The position numbers were made by a program, and so were the translations under genes. A stretch of DNA of 55,280 nucleotides from a virus (taxonomy: Duplodnaviria; Caudoviricetes): IMG/VR virus record IMGVR_UViG_3300033273_000069, positions 1-55,280 of that record; one strand, given 5' to 3'. Below the pieces are notes generated by a model. That model did not search any database and was not told where the DNA came from. It saw only the letters and a program-made list of their open reading frames with translations. Every line of letters starts with the position of its first letter. Within the stretch, counting starts at the first letter, position 1. Below, in pieces: positions 36,193-44,969 of this stretch.

Positions 36193-37753
36193 TCGTAATC
36201 ACAGCCGCCAATGTTACCTCGATGTCGCTCACGCTGTTTGCAGATGAAACAGTGAACGCGACTTCACGAGATGTGGTTGTTGCGTCGATAGCGATTGAAG
36301 CTGACAAGTTCTGTTCTGTAAGCGTTGAGCTAACTGGGATAACGTCACCCGCGTTGATGCCGTTCACTTTTAGCTGAATGTTTGCTGTGCCAGATGTGGT
36401 CTTAGCTGCAATCGCGTCGATACGTACGTTCTGTTTGAATGCTCGCGTAACTACGTAGTCTTGGTTCGTGATCGAACCTGACTGCTGGAAGAAGAACGAG
36501 CGAGTAGCAAACGTATCAGGCAACTGCGCAATAGGCAGACGACCTGTAGCATCTAAGCCAGCAACACCATCAGCCGCACCGATGTATGTTTTGGGAACAA
36601 GTGCAGTGAAGTCTACGTTGGCAAATTCTAGGCCGCCACCTGTTGAGTTGACGCGCAAGAACTGTAGGGCGTTCGTTGTGGTGAAGGCAGGGATACCTGT
36701 GTCTGGTGACGTAAGCAGCCAACCTGTCCCGTTGTAGAACTTTAGGACGTTGGGTGATGCCGCAATGTCCACCCACATATCGCCTGCGTTTGCATTCGTA
36801 GGTTCAGATGCAGACACGTAAACGCGACCACGGTTTGCTAGTAGTGTGGAGATGCCGTTCACTTTGTTCTGCGGGATTTCGTCATCCGAGATAGCCAGTT
36901 TCGCAAACGGGATAAAACCGTTGCTGTCTGTGAACTTGTCCTCTGTCATCAAACCAGAGACACGAACCTGAGATGTGTCCTCAACGATGATAAACGTAAC
37001 CAAGTCACCCGCAGTCAAAGCTGACGTAAACGTAATCGTAGAGTTAGCAGGCTGTTGGGTGTAGTCATTCGTACCACCCTGACGCTGTAGAACACCGTTG
37101 CGGTACACAAGAACTTTCTGATCTTCGCTGTGTACGAACGGGAACACAGCCTGTGATGTACCAGCGATAACGTCTTCACGAACAAAGCCACTGTCGTTTG
37201 CAGACTGTACTTTGTAGATCGTGACCAGATCGTTCTCGTCAGTTGTATCATTTAGCGTAACTGTATTGTTCGCAGGAGTATTCGTGTAGTCGCTTCGAGC
37301 AAGAAGCGCACCATTCAAGTAAACAACAATCTCGTCTGCATCCTCGTGGATGTAGTTAAATACAGTTGTACCTGTTGGGTAAGCAATAACACCATCGTCG
37401 TCTGCTTCATTGATGATCACGTCGATACGTGCCGAAAACAATGGGGCACCGATTGTACCGACGTCAGAGCCAGAGTTTCCTCGGATTTCGGCAGAAGTTG
37501 CAAGTTGCTTCCAGCCTTCTTCGGCTTCTGCGTACGTACCAACGCGGTACTGCAATCCGTTTATTGTATCGTTACGAAGTTGAACGGGAGCTTTCAGAAC
37601 CCCCTCGTTGTCGTACAATACTTTCAATAACTCAGCGACTGTGTTGTCACCAAGTTCTGCGGAGTTCAGGTAGCGCACGATGTTTTCAATGTCTGCGCCA
37701 ATATTTCCTGAACTCGTATGGTTTCCTGGGTACAGGACTTTTAAGCGAGCCAT
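36185..37753 (-). CDS. Tail fibre/spike protein
   Basis: Two VYxNGxL...DYT beta repeats, GDMWVD...LKFYNGTGW, GVAGLDATG motifs; AAGGAG RBS before ATG 37753. Confidence 0.8.
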   Translation of the reverse strand: MARLKVLYPGNHTSSGNIGADIENIVRYLNSAELGDNTVAELLKVLYDNEGVLKAPVQLRNDTINGLQYRVGTYAEAEEGWKQLATSAEIRGNSGSDVGTIGAPLFSARIDVIINEADDDGVIAYPTGTTVFNYIHEDADEIVVYLNGALLARSDYTNTPANNTVTLNDTTDENDLVTIYKVQSANDSGFVREDVIAGTSQAVFPFVHSEDQKVLVYRNGVLQRQGGTNDYTQQPANSTITFTSALTAGDLVTFIIVEDTSQVRVSGLMTEDKFTDSNGFIPFAKLAISDDEIPQNKVNGISTLLANRGRVYVSASEPTNANAGDMWVDIAASPNVLKFYNGTGWLLTSPDTGIPAFTTTNALQFLRVNSTGGGLEFANVDFTALVPKTYIGAADGVAGLDATGRLPIAQLPDTFATRSFFFQQSGSITNQDYVVTRAFKQNVRIDAIAAKTTSGTANIQLKVNGINAGDVIPVSSTLTEQNLSASIAIDATTTSREVAFTVSSANSVSDIEVTLAAVITNV

Positions 37754-37754
37754 G

Positions 37755-39275
37755 CTACTTCTCCTTATGCAGTAGAAATGCGAAACTGATGATAGTGACG
37801 TCACTATCAACGTCTTTATCTTCCGTACGGAAGCGGAGCCGAATGCCCCTAAAGATGTGTGTAAACGGGAAAGAATAGTCTTGATAAAGCGGAGCATCGC
37901 CCCACTTCTTGTCACCTTCGATACGGTCAAGGTTTACCTCCACCGAGCCAATGTCCGATCCGTTTTCATCGGTCATGTCTACGTAAAAGCGACCACGACC
38001 AGTCGCTTGAATAATGAATGTATGCGAACGCTTCGTACCTAAGAAGTCACCCAACCAGAGAACGGGTGTCTCTGCATTCATAGGTGAGCGACGCAGATCA
38101 GATAAACCTGTGTCCTGCACGAATGTTCGTGCCGTTGCTTCGTACACGCCGTCAGCCGTGCCAAACATTAAGCGACCGCCAAGGAAAGAACCGCACTTAG
38201 GAAGAAGTGTATCGCCCAACTGAAAGTTTACGTTTTCGTACCCAGCGCGGAAGTTCATAGACAGACGCTGCGTTTGAGTGCCGCCAGGGCGTGGGAAGAA
38301 TACGTGGTACGTCTGAGTGTCTGGATCGTAGACGGCTGATATAGCTTCTGGGTTTGGAGTTGTACGAACAAGCTCCTGATACAGAGGTTCGACCTCATCA
38401 GACAGAGAGGCTTCCGCAATCGTGATACCGTTCTGCTCCGAACGCATGATCGAGTGGATACCGCGACGCGAACAGAACAAGAGGTCTGAACCCGCGTTGA
38501 CGATAGTGTTGTGCGAGATACAGCCAATACGAAGGTTCGCACGACTGTCCAACTGCCACTGCTCGAAGTCAGGGTCGATGATGTAAACGAGTGTCTGGTC
38601 TTTGGTGAATACCGCAAGACGGTTAGCTTCGAACGTACCCATACCCACAATCTCGTCGGCAGTACCGATTAGGTTCGAGATGTCGATGAATGATGCACGC
38701 GTTACTTCTTCTGTTGGCGCTTCTTCTTCAAGAAAGATGTCAGGATTATCTACACGGCTAAACTCAATGGTCGTTGGGCGATCCTTAAACCCAGCGACTG
38801 CTAGGCGACGCTGAATAGGCACGCCAAACTTCGGCTTGATTGAGGCAGTCGATGTGGAGAACTCAAACCCGTCGTAGCGGTACATGCGCGTATCTTGGTT
38901 GAAGATGTGCACCTTACCTTGGAAGTTTGTCATGGAGACAGTGGCTTCTTTGTCGAACGCATTAAGAAGTTTATGCCCACGATCAGATGCAAGGTGTGTA
39001 CCCGCAGCATCCTCTTCAGCGAAGCAAACACCATCACGGTTGTAAAAGCGCAAGCACTTTACAGGGAAACGGTTGGAGCCTTGGTGTAGGTAGAAAGCAG
39101 GGTCACGGATAAGCTGACCACGGTAGTCTACGTAGCAGTTATCAAGCTGCCAAAAGTTCTGGTCTTTCTCTGTTTCCAGAGCCGTAATGTCACGCGATCT
39201 ATCAATACCACGAAAGCCGTAATAAGTACGGCTGTCTGACTTTACAGATATGGGTGAGTACGCAAGTCTCGACAT
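37755..39275 (-). CDS. Tail nozzle / head-stabilisation protein (P22 gp10/T7 gp12-like beta-propeller)
   Basis: 506 aa, beta-rich, IGCISHNTIV motif, follows the adaptor. Confidence 0.75.
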   Translation of the reverse strand: MSRLAYSPISVKSDSRTYYGFRGIDRSRDITALETEKDQNFWQLDNCYVDYRGQLIRDPAFYLHQGSNRFPVKCLRFYNRDGVCFAEEDAAGTHLASDRGHKLLNAFDKEATVSMTNFQGKVHIFNQDTRMYRYDGFEFSTSTASIKPKFGVPIQRRLAVAGFKDRPTTIEFSRVDNPDIFLEEEAPTEEVTRASFIDISNLIGTADEIVGMGTFEANRLAVFTKDQTLVYIIDPDFEQWQLDSRANLRIGCISHNTIVNAGSDLLFCSRRGIHSIMRSEQNGITIAEASLSDEVEPLYQELVRTTPNPEAISAVYDPDTQTYHVFFPRPGGTQTQRLSMNFRAGYENVNFQLGDTLLPKCGSFLGGRLMFGTADGVYEATARTFVQDTGLSDLRRSPMNAETPVLWLGDFLGTKRSHTFIIQATGRGRFYVDMTDENGSDIGSVEVNLDRIEGDKKWGDAPLYQDYSFPFTHIFRGIRLRFRTEDKDVDSDVTIISFAFLLHKEK

Positions 39276-39703
39276 TATTGATACCTGTGATTAGACCCGC
39301 CATCTACTACTTTGCGTGTGTATGCTTTGTTGCCGTACGCACGTTCGTGCAGAATGTTTGCCATGTTTGCTTGGTAAAGCTGCAAGAACATCATAGCTTT
39401 CTCGCTGCCTTGCTGAATGAAGTAGTGCGCAGTCAGACCGTCAATGACTATCATGTCAGGTATTGGACGTCGCTCCGTGATGTCTTGGTAGTAATCAACG
39501 TCGCCGCCTTCCCAGTACGGGTGTTGGCGGACATCTTCGACTACACGGTTGGCTAGTTCAATCATGAGCATCATGACCTCACCGTCTACGCGAGAGGGAG
39601 AGAAGTTGCCCGCGCGTACAAGAGCAGAGCGCACTAGGCTTTCAAGGGGTGTGAACTTTTCCTTACCCGCCGCAAACGGCTTCTGTACGCTCTTCTCTGC
39701 CAT
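39275..39703 (-). CDS. Head-tail adaptor-like protein
   Basis: Helical 142 aa between capsid and nozzle genes. Confidence 0.65.
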   Translation of the reverse strand: MAEKSVQKPFAAGKEKFTPLESLVRSALVRAGNFSPSRVDGEVMMLMIELANRVVEDVRQHPYWEGGDVDYYQDITERRPIPDMIVIDGLTAHYFIQQGSEKAMMFLQLYQANMANILHERAYGNKAYTRKVVDGGSNHRYQ

Positions 39704-40068
39704 TAATCTTCCTCGGCGTTAATGATGCGACCTGACCAAACCATGTGGTGCTGCATCATTGCTTCAGTCAGTGACGTTGGGACACGCCAGCTTACATGTT
39801 CGCGAGCACCATCCCAGATGCCACGTACCTTCACGTCACCCACACGCAAATCGTAGACAGACGCTTCTGGGTTTGCGGATACGAACATAGTAAATGCAGG
39901 CGCTGGGGCGGGAGCCTTCTTCGCTTTTGCTTTCTTAGAGGCTTTCTCTCGCTTCGCTGCCTTTTCGTCTGCACTCTCTTCTACTTCAACCCACGCCTCA
40001 TTTTCTGGTGTGGTGGGGTCGTCGGCAACAAAGTGTCCGTCTTTGGTGCGTGCGCGTTTACGTGCCAT
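39703..40068 (-). CDS. Conserved phage protein (RARTKDGHFVADDPTTPENEAW motif)
   Basis: AGGAG RBS; motif recurrent in phage head modules. Confidence 0.75.
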   Translation of the reverse strand: MARKRARTKDGHFVADDPTTPENEAWVEVEESADEKAAKREKASKKAKAKKAPAPAPAFTMFVSANPEASVYDLRVGDVKVRGIWDGAREHVSWRVPTSLTEAMMQHHMVWSGRIINAEED

Positions 40069-40097
40069 TGAGCTTCTCCTGATAAAATTACCATTTA

Positions 40098-40128
40098 TTT
40101 ATGGTCGTTTTTTGCGGAGCAGTCGTCC
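40098..40128 (-). promoter_or_regulatory. GGACGAC-type late promoter
   Basis: GGACGAC followed after 18-20 nt by CATAAAT. Confidence 0.55.
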
Positions 40129-40135
40129 CTAATGC

Positions 40136-40165
40136 GAAAGGGCCACACCGTAGTGCAGCCCTTTC
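40136..40165 (-). terminator. Hairpin after the major capsid gene
   Basis: GAAAGGGCTGCAC-tacg-GTGTGGCCCTTTC. Confidence 0.65.
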
Positions 40166-40193
40166 TATAATGAGTTTCAGCGCTGGGAGAGAA

Positions 40194-41360
40194 TTACGCT
40201 GAAACCGCATTCCAGTTTTTGATATAGTGATGCGTCTTGTCTTGCAGTAGTTCCAAACCACACTCGGTTAGGTACTCGTGCTTGACCGCATCCATATCGT
40301 TCGCCTGACGATCACGTAGCAACTGTGTGTCGCGACCTTCCATGTAGCGATACTTCAGGTCAGGGAAGTCGATGATGACTGCCGCATTTTCCATGCCAGG
40401 GATTTGACGGAACTGTGGGTGCAAGTGAACCATCAAGTCGCCCGCGAATGTCGCGTAGCGAGTTAGGTTCACACCGTAAGTACCTTCAACCACTGTTGGC
40501 TGCCAGCGGTCTTTGCCGAACTTCTGCAAGTGACCAGCAACTTTCGCGCCACAGAACATGATCTTCTGGTTGCTTCCGAATGCGAAAACATCTTCGATCA
40601 ATGCACGGTCGAACTGATCTTCAGTCATAACGCCAGATGAACCAGAGCGGTCATTTACGTTAGTGATTGTGTTGATCAAGCCGCCCGTGTAGCGAGTTGG
40701 TTGTGAAGAAGAGCCGTTTGCTTCGTGCTTTTTGCCGAAGAACATGGCACGCTCGATGTCCTGCATGTGCAGTTTAAGAGCTTTCGTAGCCATCTCATCT
40801 TCTTTATCGCCTGTACGAAGGTTAGTCGCACGCAAAGTTTCCGTTACAGTGAACGCTGTACGGAAAATCTGTGTGTAGTTCGACGCCACTGACGCATCAA
40901 AAGAGATGCCTGTTGGTGATGTCGCGCCTTCTTCGTAGGCTGTGCCCGCGATGAATAGTTCATCGCCTGCTGTGATAGTGGCTGCGCCACCACCGATACC
41001 ACGCTCAACAGTCAAAGTCGTTGCTGTACCGTCGCCAGTACAACGCATTACCTCGCCTGTAGCTTGGTTGACAACTAGAGCACCCGCAACTGCGAATGTG
41101 CCTGCGTCGTTGTCTGTGATCGAGATAGTTGTGTCAGAGGCAGTGTTGCCGCTGTCAGCTACTAACGCACGAGCAGGAAGCTCGTCACGGAAGTTTTTAT
41201 ACTCGGGGTCATCAGTTGCTTCTGATGAAGTCATCGCAAGCAGAGCGTTCAGGGGTGCGTTCCCGTTTGGCTCAAGAAGCGAATATAGCTCGCGATAGTT
41301 CTTGGGGCGGAAGTCCGTTGTAAACTGACCAGTGCCCCGCAGTCCTTGAATACCAGCCAT
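40194..41360 (-). CDS. Major capsid protein (SU10/DUF5309-like HK97 fold)
   Basis: NYTQIFRT, DIERAMFFG, RYTGGL, TECGLEL motifs; AAGGAG RBS; follows the scaffold. Confidence 0.9.
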   Translation of the reverse strand: MAGIQGLRGTGQFTTDFRPKNYRELYSLLEPNGNAPLNALLAMTSSEATDDPEYKNFRDELPARALVADSGNTASDTTISITDNDAGTFAVAGALVVNQATGEVMRCTGDGTATTLTVERGIGGGAATITAGDELFIAGTAYEEGATSPTGISFDASVASNYTQIFRTAFTVTETLRATNLRTGDKEDEMATKALKLHMQDIERAMFFGKKHEANGSSSQPTRYTGGLINTITNVNDRSGSSGVMTEDQFDRALIEDVFAFGSNQKIMFCGAKVAGHLQKFGKDRWQPTVVEGTYGVNLTRYATFAGDLMVHLHPQFRQIPGMENAAVIIDFPDLKYRYMEGRDTQLLRDRQANDMDAVKHEYLTECGLELLQDKTHHYIKNWNAVSA

Positions 41361-41496
41361 TGCTAGTCTCCTTCTAGGTTTTGGTTACTTTATGTGCGAG
41401 GTACTCAAGATCACGCGGAACAATCACGCGAAACCTATCGTCCCATATAGCAACATCGACATAAAAGGAGCCGTAGCGCCCATCGACATTGATTAG

Positions 41497-41527
41497 ATAT
41501 TGTCAGAAAATTCTGTAGTGGTCGTCC
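41497..41527 (-). promoter_or_regulatory. GGACGAC-type late promoter of the capsid gene
   Basis: GGACGAC-N18-CAATAT immediately after the scaffold terminator. Confidence 0.6.
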
Positions 41528-41534
41528 CACATGT

Positions 41535-41558
41535 AAAAAAAATCGGCCCGAAGGCCGA
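41535..41558 (-). terminator. Intrinsic terminator after the scaffold gene
   Basis: TCGGCC-ttcg-GGCCGA followed by T8 on -. Confidence 0.85.
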
Positions 41559-41563
41559 CTTTC

Positions 41564-42562
41564 TTAACCCATGCGCTTATTCATAGCGCCCACTGCAAGT
41601 CGTGCGAGGGTATCATCTTGATCAGATGCCGCTGCTTCGCTTGTCGGGCCACCCGATTGAGAACGCAAATACGCCTCACGACGGGACGCCATTTCACGCA
41701 AGCGTTCGAACTCTGGTGTGTTCATTTGGTTTTTGAAGTCGTTGACGACTTTGTTGGTGAGGCCAGCATCTGCAAAGTCCTCGGCAGTGTACCCACGCTC
41801 CAATGCGTACGCACGGAAGTCGTCGATAGCTTCGTCAGGTAATCCTGCCGCCTGCTGTGCGCGGTCTAAGTTGTTACGAATAGACTGCATGATCGCTTCT
41901 TCACGAGAGCTAATTGCTTGCTCGCGAGACTGGTTGCCTTGCTGACCCGCTGCTTGGGCTTGCTGTAGGATTTGCTGCATCATCTGCATCTGCGCACCCA
42001 TAGCCTGCTCCATACGTCCTATACGGTCGATCTGCTCGCGATAGCCTGGGGGAAGTGAAATCGCGTTCTCATCTTCGTACTTCTGGAACTCTTCAGACAG
42101 CTTGGCTGACATTGCCGCCGCGTCACCCTTTTCGGCAGCGACTGGTTGAGCCACGCCAGGTTGCGCTGGGCGGTCGTTGCCCATCTTCGCATTCTTTGTC
42201 ATGGATTTGAGTGCGGCTGCCATAAGTTTAGCAGTGTCCTCTGGGCCACGGCCCGTCTTTTCCATGATTAAGTTTGCGATGTCGTTGATCGGCTTCATCT
42301 GCGCCTGCTTGTAGTTCAGGTCACGATAGCGTTCGTACGTACCCGCAATCTGTGATGGAGATAGCTGACGCTCTTCGTCGCCGATCTTCACGTTGTAGAT
42401 GATTGCGTCCGCTTGCGTCTTATCGCCTTCAGTCTCTGGTGATGCTGCGGCTACTGCTTTTTCTTGTGCAGTTGGCGGCGCGTCTTTCGGTGCTGGGGCG
42501 GGTTCGCCCATTTGCTTTGCGGCGATGCGAGCTACTTGCTCGTTGTCCATTGGGTTAGCCAT
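41564..42562 (-). CDS. Capsid scaffolding protein
   Basis: YNVKIGDEE motif, coiled coils, directly upstream of the capsid gene. Confidence 0.8.
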   Translation of the reverse strand: MANPMDNEQVARIAAKQMGEPAPAPKDAPPTAQEKAVAAASPETEGDKTQADAIIYNVKIGDEERQLSPSQIAGTYERYRDLNYKQAQMKPINDIANLIMEKTGRGPEDTAKLMAAALKSMTKNAKMGNDRPAQPGVAQPVAAEKGDAAAMSAKLSEEFQKYEDENAISLPPGYREQIDRIGRMEQAMGAQMQMMQQILQQAQAAGQQGNQSREQAISSREEAIMQSIRNNLDRAQQAAGLPDEAIDDFRAYALERGYTAEDFADAGLTNKVVNDFKNQMNTPEFERLREMASRREAYLRSQSGGPTSEAAASDQDDTLARLAVGAMNKRMG

Positions 42563-42839
42563 TGTCTATCCTTTCTGAGCGGCCTTGGCGGCTCGTGGCT
42601 TCTTCAAGTGAAAGCTCGCCCTCAAGTTTGTGGACGAGCCTTTCGGGCAGATTAAGCAGTTGCTCTGCTGCCCATATTGCCCCTCTTTGAAAGTCCATTT
42701 GCTGTTGCGTCATTTCTTGGGTTCGAGCCATAGACAAAGCAAGTTGCAGGATTTCCTGTCTCATTACTTCGTTTACGTGGCCCCACCCTTTACTTTCAGC
42801 GAGGTCTATGATGTCTTTGATCTTGTTCTTGATTGTCAT
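42555..42839 (-). CDS. Small head-module protein (Bbp19-like)
   Basis: Helical, GW...FQRGAI pattern, precedes the scaffold. Confidence 0.7.
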   Translation of the reverse strand: MTIKNKIKDIIDLAESKGWGHVNEVMRQEILQLALSMARTQEMTQQQMDFQRGAIWAAEQLLNLPERLVHKLEGELSLEEATSRQGRSERIDNG

Positions 42840-42855
42840 GGTGAGGGGGTTGAGG

Positions 42856-42963
42856 TTACTTCTTGGTTTTTAGGCCAGAGGGCTTCTTCTTAACGGGTGC
42901 CTTCCCAGCGCGTACTGGTGAGCAGCCCTTCTTTTTGACTGCGCTTTTCTTTCCGTATGCCAT
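42856..42963 (-). CDS. Tiny basic protein (35 aa, MAYGKKSAVKKKGCSPV...)
   Basis: Hand-translated; TAATG coupling to the upstream gene, AAAGGA RBS. Confidence 0.65.
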   Translation of the reverse strand: MAYGKKSAVKKKGCSPVRAGKAPVKKKPSGLKTKK

Positions 42964-43172
42964 TACTTTTTTCCTTTCTTCCAAGAGATGCGCTTGGAAC
43001 TGGTTTTCTTTTTTGCTGCGCTTGTGCATTGCGCTTTCGTAGGTCGGCAGGCTGGATACGACTTACGCTTCTCACCCTTCTGACGACCACACGGTTTTCC
43101 TGTCTTACAATCTATCCAGCCCTTGCCACCGTTCTGGGCGAACCAAGTACGCAGGCTATTTTTTTCTGCCAC
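42963..43172 (-). CDS. Small basic Cys-containing protein (69 aa)
   Basis: GTG start; SLRTWF...GWIDCKTGKPCGR...YPACRP. Confidence 0.75.
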   Translation of the reverse strand: MAEKNSLRTWFAQNGGKGWIDCKTGKPCGRQKGEKRKSYPACRPTKAQCTSAAKKKTSSKRISWKKGKK

Positions 43173-43314
43173 TTTTGTTTCCCCAGTTCTTTGCGCCAAC
43201 CTTACGGCACTTGGCGACTGCTCCGCTTGCGTACGCAGAAGGCCACACCTTGTAGCGGGCCTTTACTTTCTTTGCGCAAGCATCGAGCTTCTTCTTTTTC
43301 GCTTTAGCAGGCAT
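43156..43314 (-). CDS. Small basic protein (52 aa)
   Basis: DACAKKVKARYKVWPSAYASGAVAKCRK. Confidence 0.75.
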   Translation of the reverse strand: MPAKAKKKKLDACAKKVKARYKVWPSAYASGAVAKCRKVGAKNWGNKSGRKK

Positions 43315-43318
43315 CGGA

Positions 43319-43411
43319 CTAACCTTGCGTACACGGGCAGTCTTTGTGCTGCATCGTGCCTGACTGCGTTTTCTTGCCGAGCTTTTTGACTTCTTTAGAC
43401 GTCTTAGCCAT
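43319..43411 (-). CDS. Tiny basic protein (30 aa, MAKTSKEVKKLGKK...DCPCTQG)
   Basis: Hand-translated; GAGGAAGGA RBS; fills the gap between neighbours. Confidence 0.6.
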   Translation of the reverse strand: MAKTSKEVKKLGKKTQSGTMQHKDCPCTQG

Positions 43412-43430
43412 GTCTCGATGTCCTTCCTCG

Positions 43431-43691
43431 TTAGCAGTTCCATGCCTTGCGCGACCAATAGTTCGCCGACAGTTTGTTGGAGGTGCCCTTGATGCCACCC
43501 GAACGGGCGCAGTACGACTTCTTGCGTGCAGGCTTAGACTTCTTGATGGTCATCTTGGGATCGCCGAAGCGGATGATCTTCTCTTTGCCGTTCGCACAAG
43601 CCTTCACGATAGACTTTTTCTTAGACCCCGCAGGCGCTCTGCGGGGTTTGTTGCATGGCATATCTTTTTTGCTGGCACGTTTAGCTGGCAT
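43431..43691 (-). CDS. Small basic protein (RFG...ARKKSYCAR...SANYWS family)
   Basis: AAGGAG RBS; roughly one third Lys/Arg. Confidence 0.85.
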   Translation of the reverse strand: MPAKRASKKDMPCNKPRRAPAGSKKKSIVKACANGKEKIIRFGDPKMTIKKSKPARKKSYCARSGGIKGTSNKLSANYWSRKAWNC

Positions 43692-44421
43692 CGCATTTCT
43701 CCTTGAGTGAAGTATCTACTAAAAAGAAAGAACTGTCGTCCCGTAATGCGTCGTTGTTTCTGGTCCTATGTTCATCTTCGACTAATGGTCTTATGCGTGA
43801 AACCATTGAGTTAGTAAGCACCGCATTACTGCTAAAGATAATGCGTTCTTGCTTACCCATGTGAGGCTTAGTGCGGTGTGGCATGAATGAGGGGAATATA
43901 ATCATTCGACCCCTCTTTGCCTCTACGTCAATGCTGTCGTACCACATTGTCGTAGCTCCCTCGGTCATGTGACCGTAAATGGGATAAGCAGGGTTCTTGA
44001 ATATGATCTGACCAGTACCTTCCTCGGCCTGACCATAAAAAACCATACTTAGATGCGAGTTGGGGTGAGTATGCTCTGGGACGTAACAACCCTCGTCATA
44101 GGTTGCTACCCAAGATGTATCTATGTAAAAGTCACCGAACTGTTCGCAGCTATGAAAATACTCTTGGTATAAGGCACACGCGGCTTGGTGAACTTTGGGA
44201 ACCGCGCCAAGAGTGGCGAGGTTGTAATTTGTAAAACTGGTGTAGCCGTACTTTGCATAGTCTTCGGGAGACTTCGCTGTCTTCCCAAACTCCTCACCTA
44301 TTAAGCCACCTTCGCGGTCACGCTCTCGGAGCCTTAGAGTAAAGTCACAAAGTTCATCAGCTATTTCATCACCGTCTGGTAAGTCGCGTACCAGTATGGG
44401 AAAGGAGAAGGGATGGATCAT
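43681..44421 (-). CDS. 2OG-Fe(II) oxygenase (TIGR02466-like)
   Basis: HTH-PNS...SMVFY, IFPSFMPH...RIIFS facial-triad pattern. Confidence 0.85.
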   Translation of the reverse strand: MIHPFSFPILVRDLPDGDEIADELCDFTLRLRERDREGGLIGEEFGKTAKSPEDYAKYGYTSFTNYNLATLGAVPKVHQAACALYQEYFHSCEQFGDFYIDTSWVATYDEGCYVPEHTHPNSHLSMVFYGQAEEGTGQIIFKNPAYPIYGHMTEGATTMWYDSIDVEAKRGRMIIFPSFMPHRTKPHMGKQERIIFSSNAVLTNSMVSRIRPLVEDEHRTRNNDALRDDSSFFLVDTSLKEKCDAS

Positions 44422-44646
44422 TTAATCTATCCCCATTGCCTCCTTAATTCGCCTAACTATTGACGAGGGTTTTTCGGTTGTCAGAATGAAACCCATGTTC
44501 TCATTCAAGGCAACCTTCGTCAGAACTGATTGGACTTGCCCGTTTTCATCAACAGGCCCGTCTTGTACCGTCATTGTGAACATAACCCTTGACGCATCAA
44601 AAAAGTTTTCTTCGCCAAATTCGTCAACGTAAGTAATAAACTTCAT
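44422..44646 (-). CDS. Hypothetical protein
   Basis: 74-aa ORF tightly packed in the operon. Confidence 0.7.
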   Translation of the reverse strand: MKFITYVDEFGEENFFDASRVMFTMTVQDGPVDENGQVQSVLTKVALNENMGFILTTEKPSSIVRRIKEAMGID

Positions 44647-44654
44647 GGTGTGCT

Positions 44655-44969
44655 TTAGTCCTCTGCTGCTGATTGTGCTGCTATTGCCTCTGCGTCACGG
44701 TCTGCTTGAGCAGATGATGCTGCTGATGCTTCATTAGGAGACAGTGGCATAGCTGGTAAGTTTGAAAGGTCATCCTCCAACGGATCAGGGATGCTTGCTG
44801 GGTAATCGCGCAGTGCTTGTCTGTACGTCACCCAATCGGCTCGTGCTGTTGCAAAAGCCGCGAATGATGCTGCGTCCTCAATAGAACGCAGCATATCAAT
44901 GTCACTTTGTTTTAGCTTCTCGTTACGTGTTGCGCGACTTGAAGCAAGGATGTCATCACGAATTGTCAT
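44655..44969 (-). CDS. Tail fibre assembly chaperone-like protein
   Basis: RNEKLKQSD...WVTYRQALRDYP motif; TAATG coupling to the fibre gene. Confidence 0.8.
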   Translation of the reverse strand: MTIRDDILASSRATRNEKLKQSDIDMLRSIEDAASFAAFATARADWVTYRQALRDYPASIPDPLEDDLSNLPAMPLSPNEASAASSAQADRDAEAIAAQSAAED

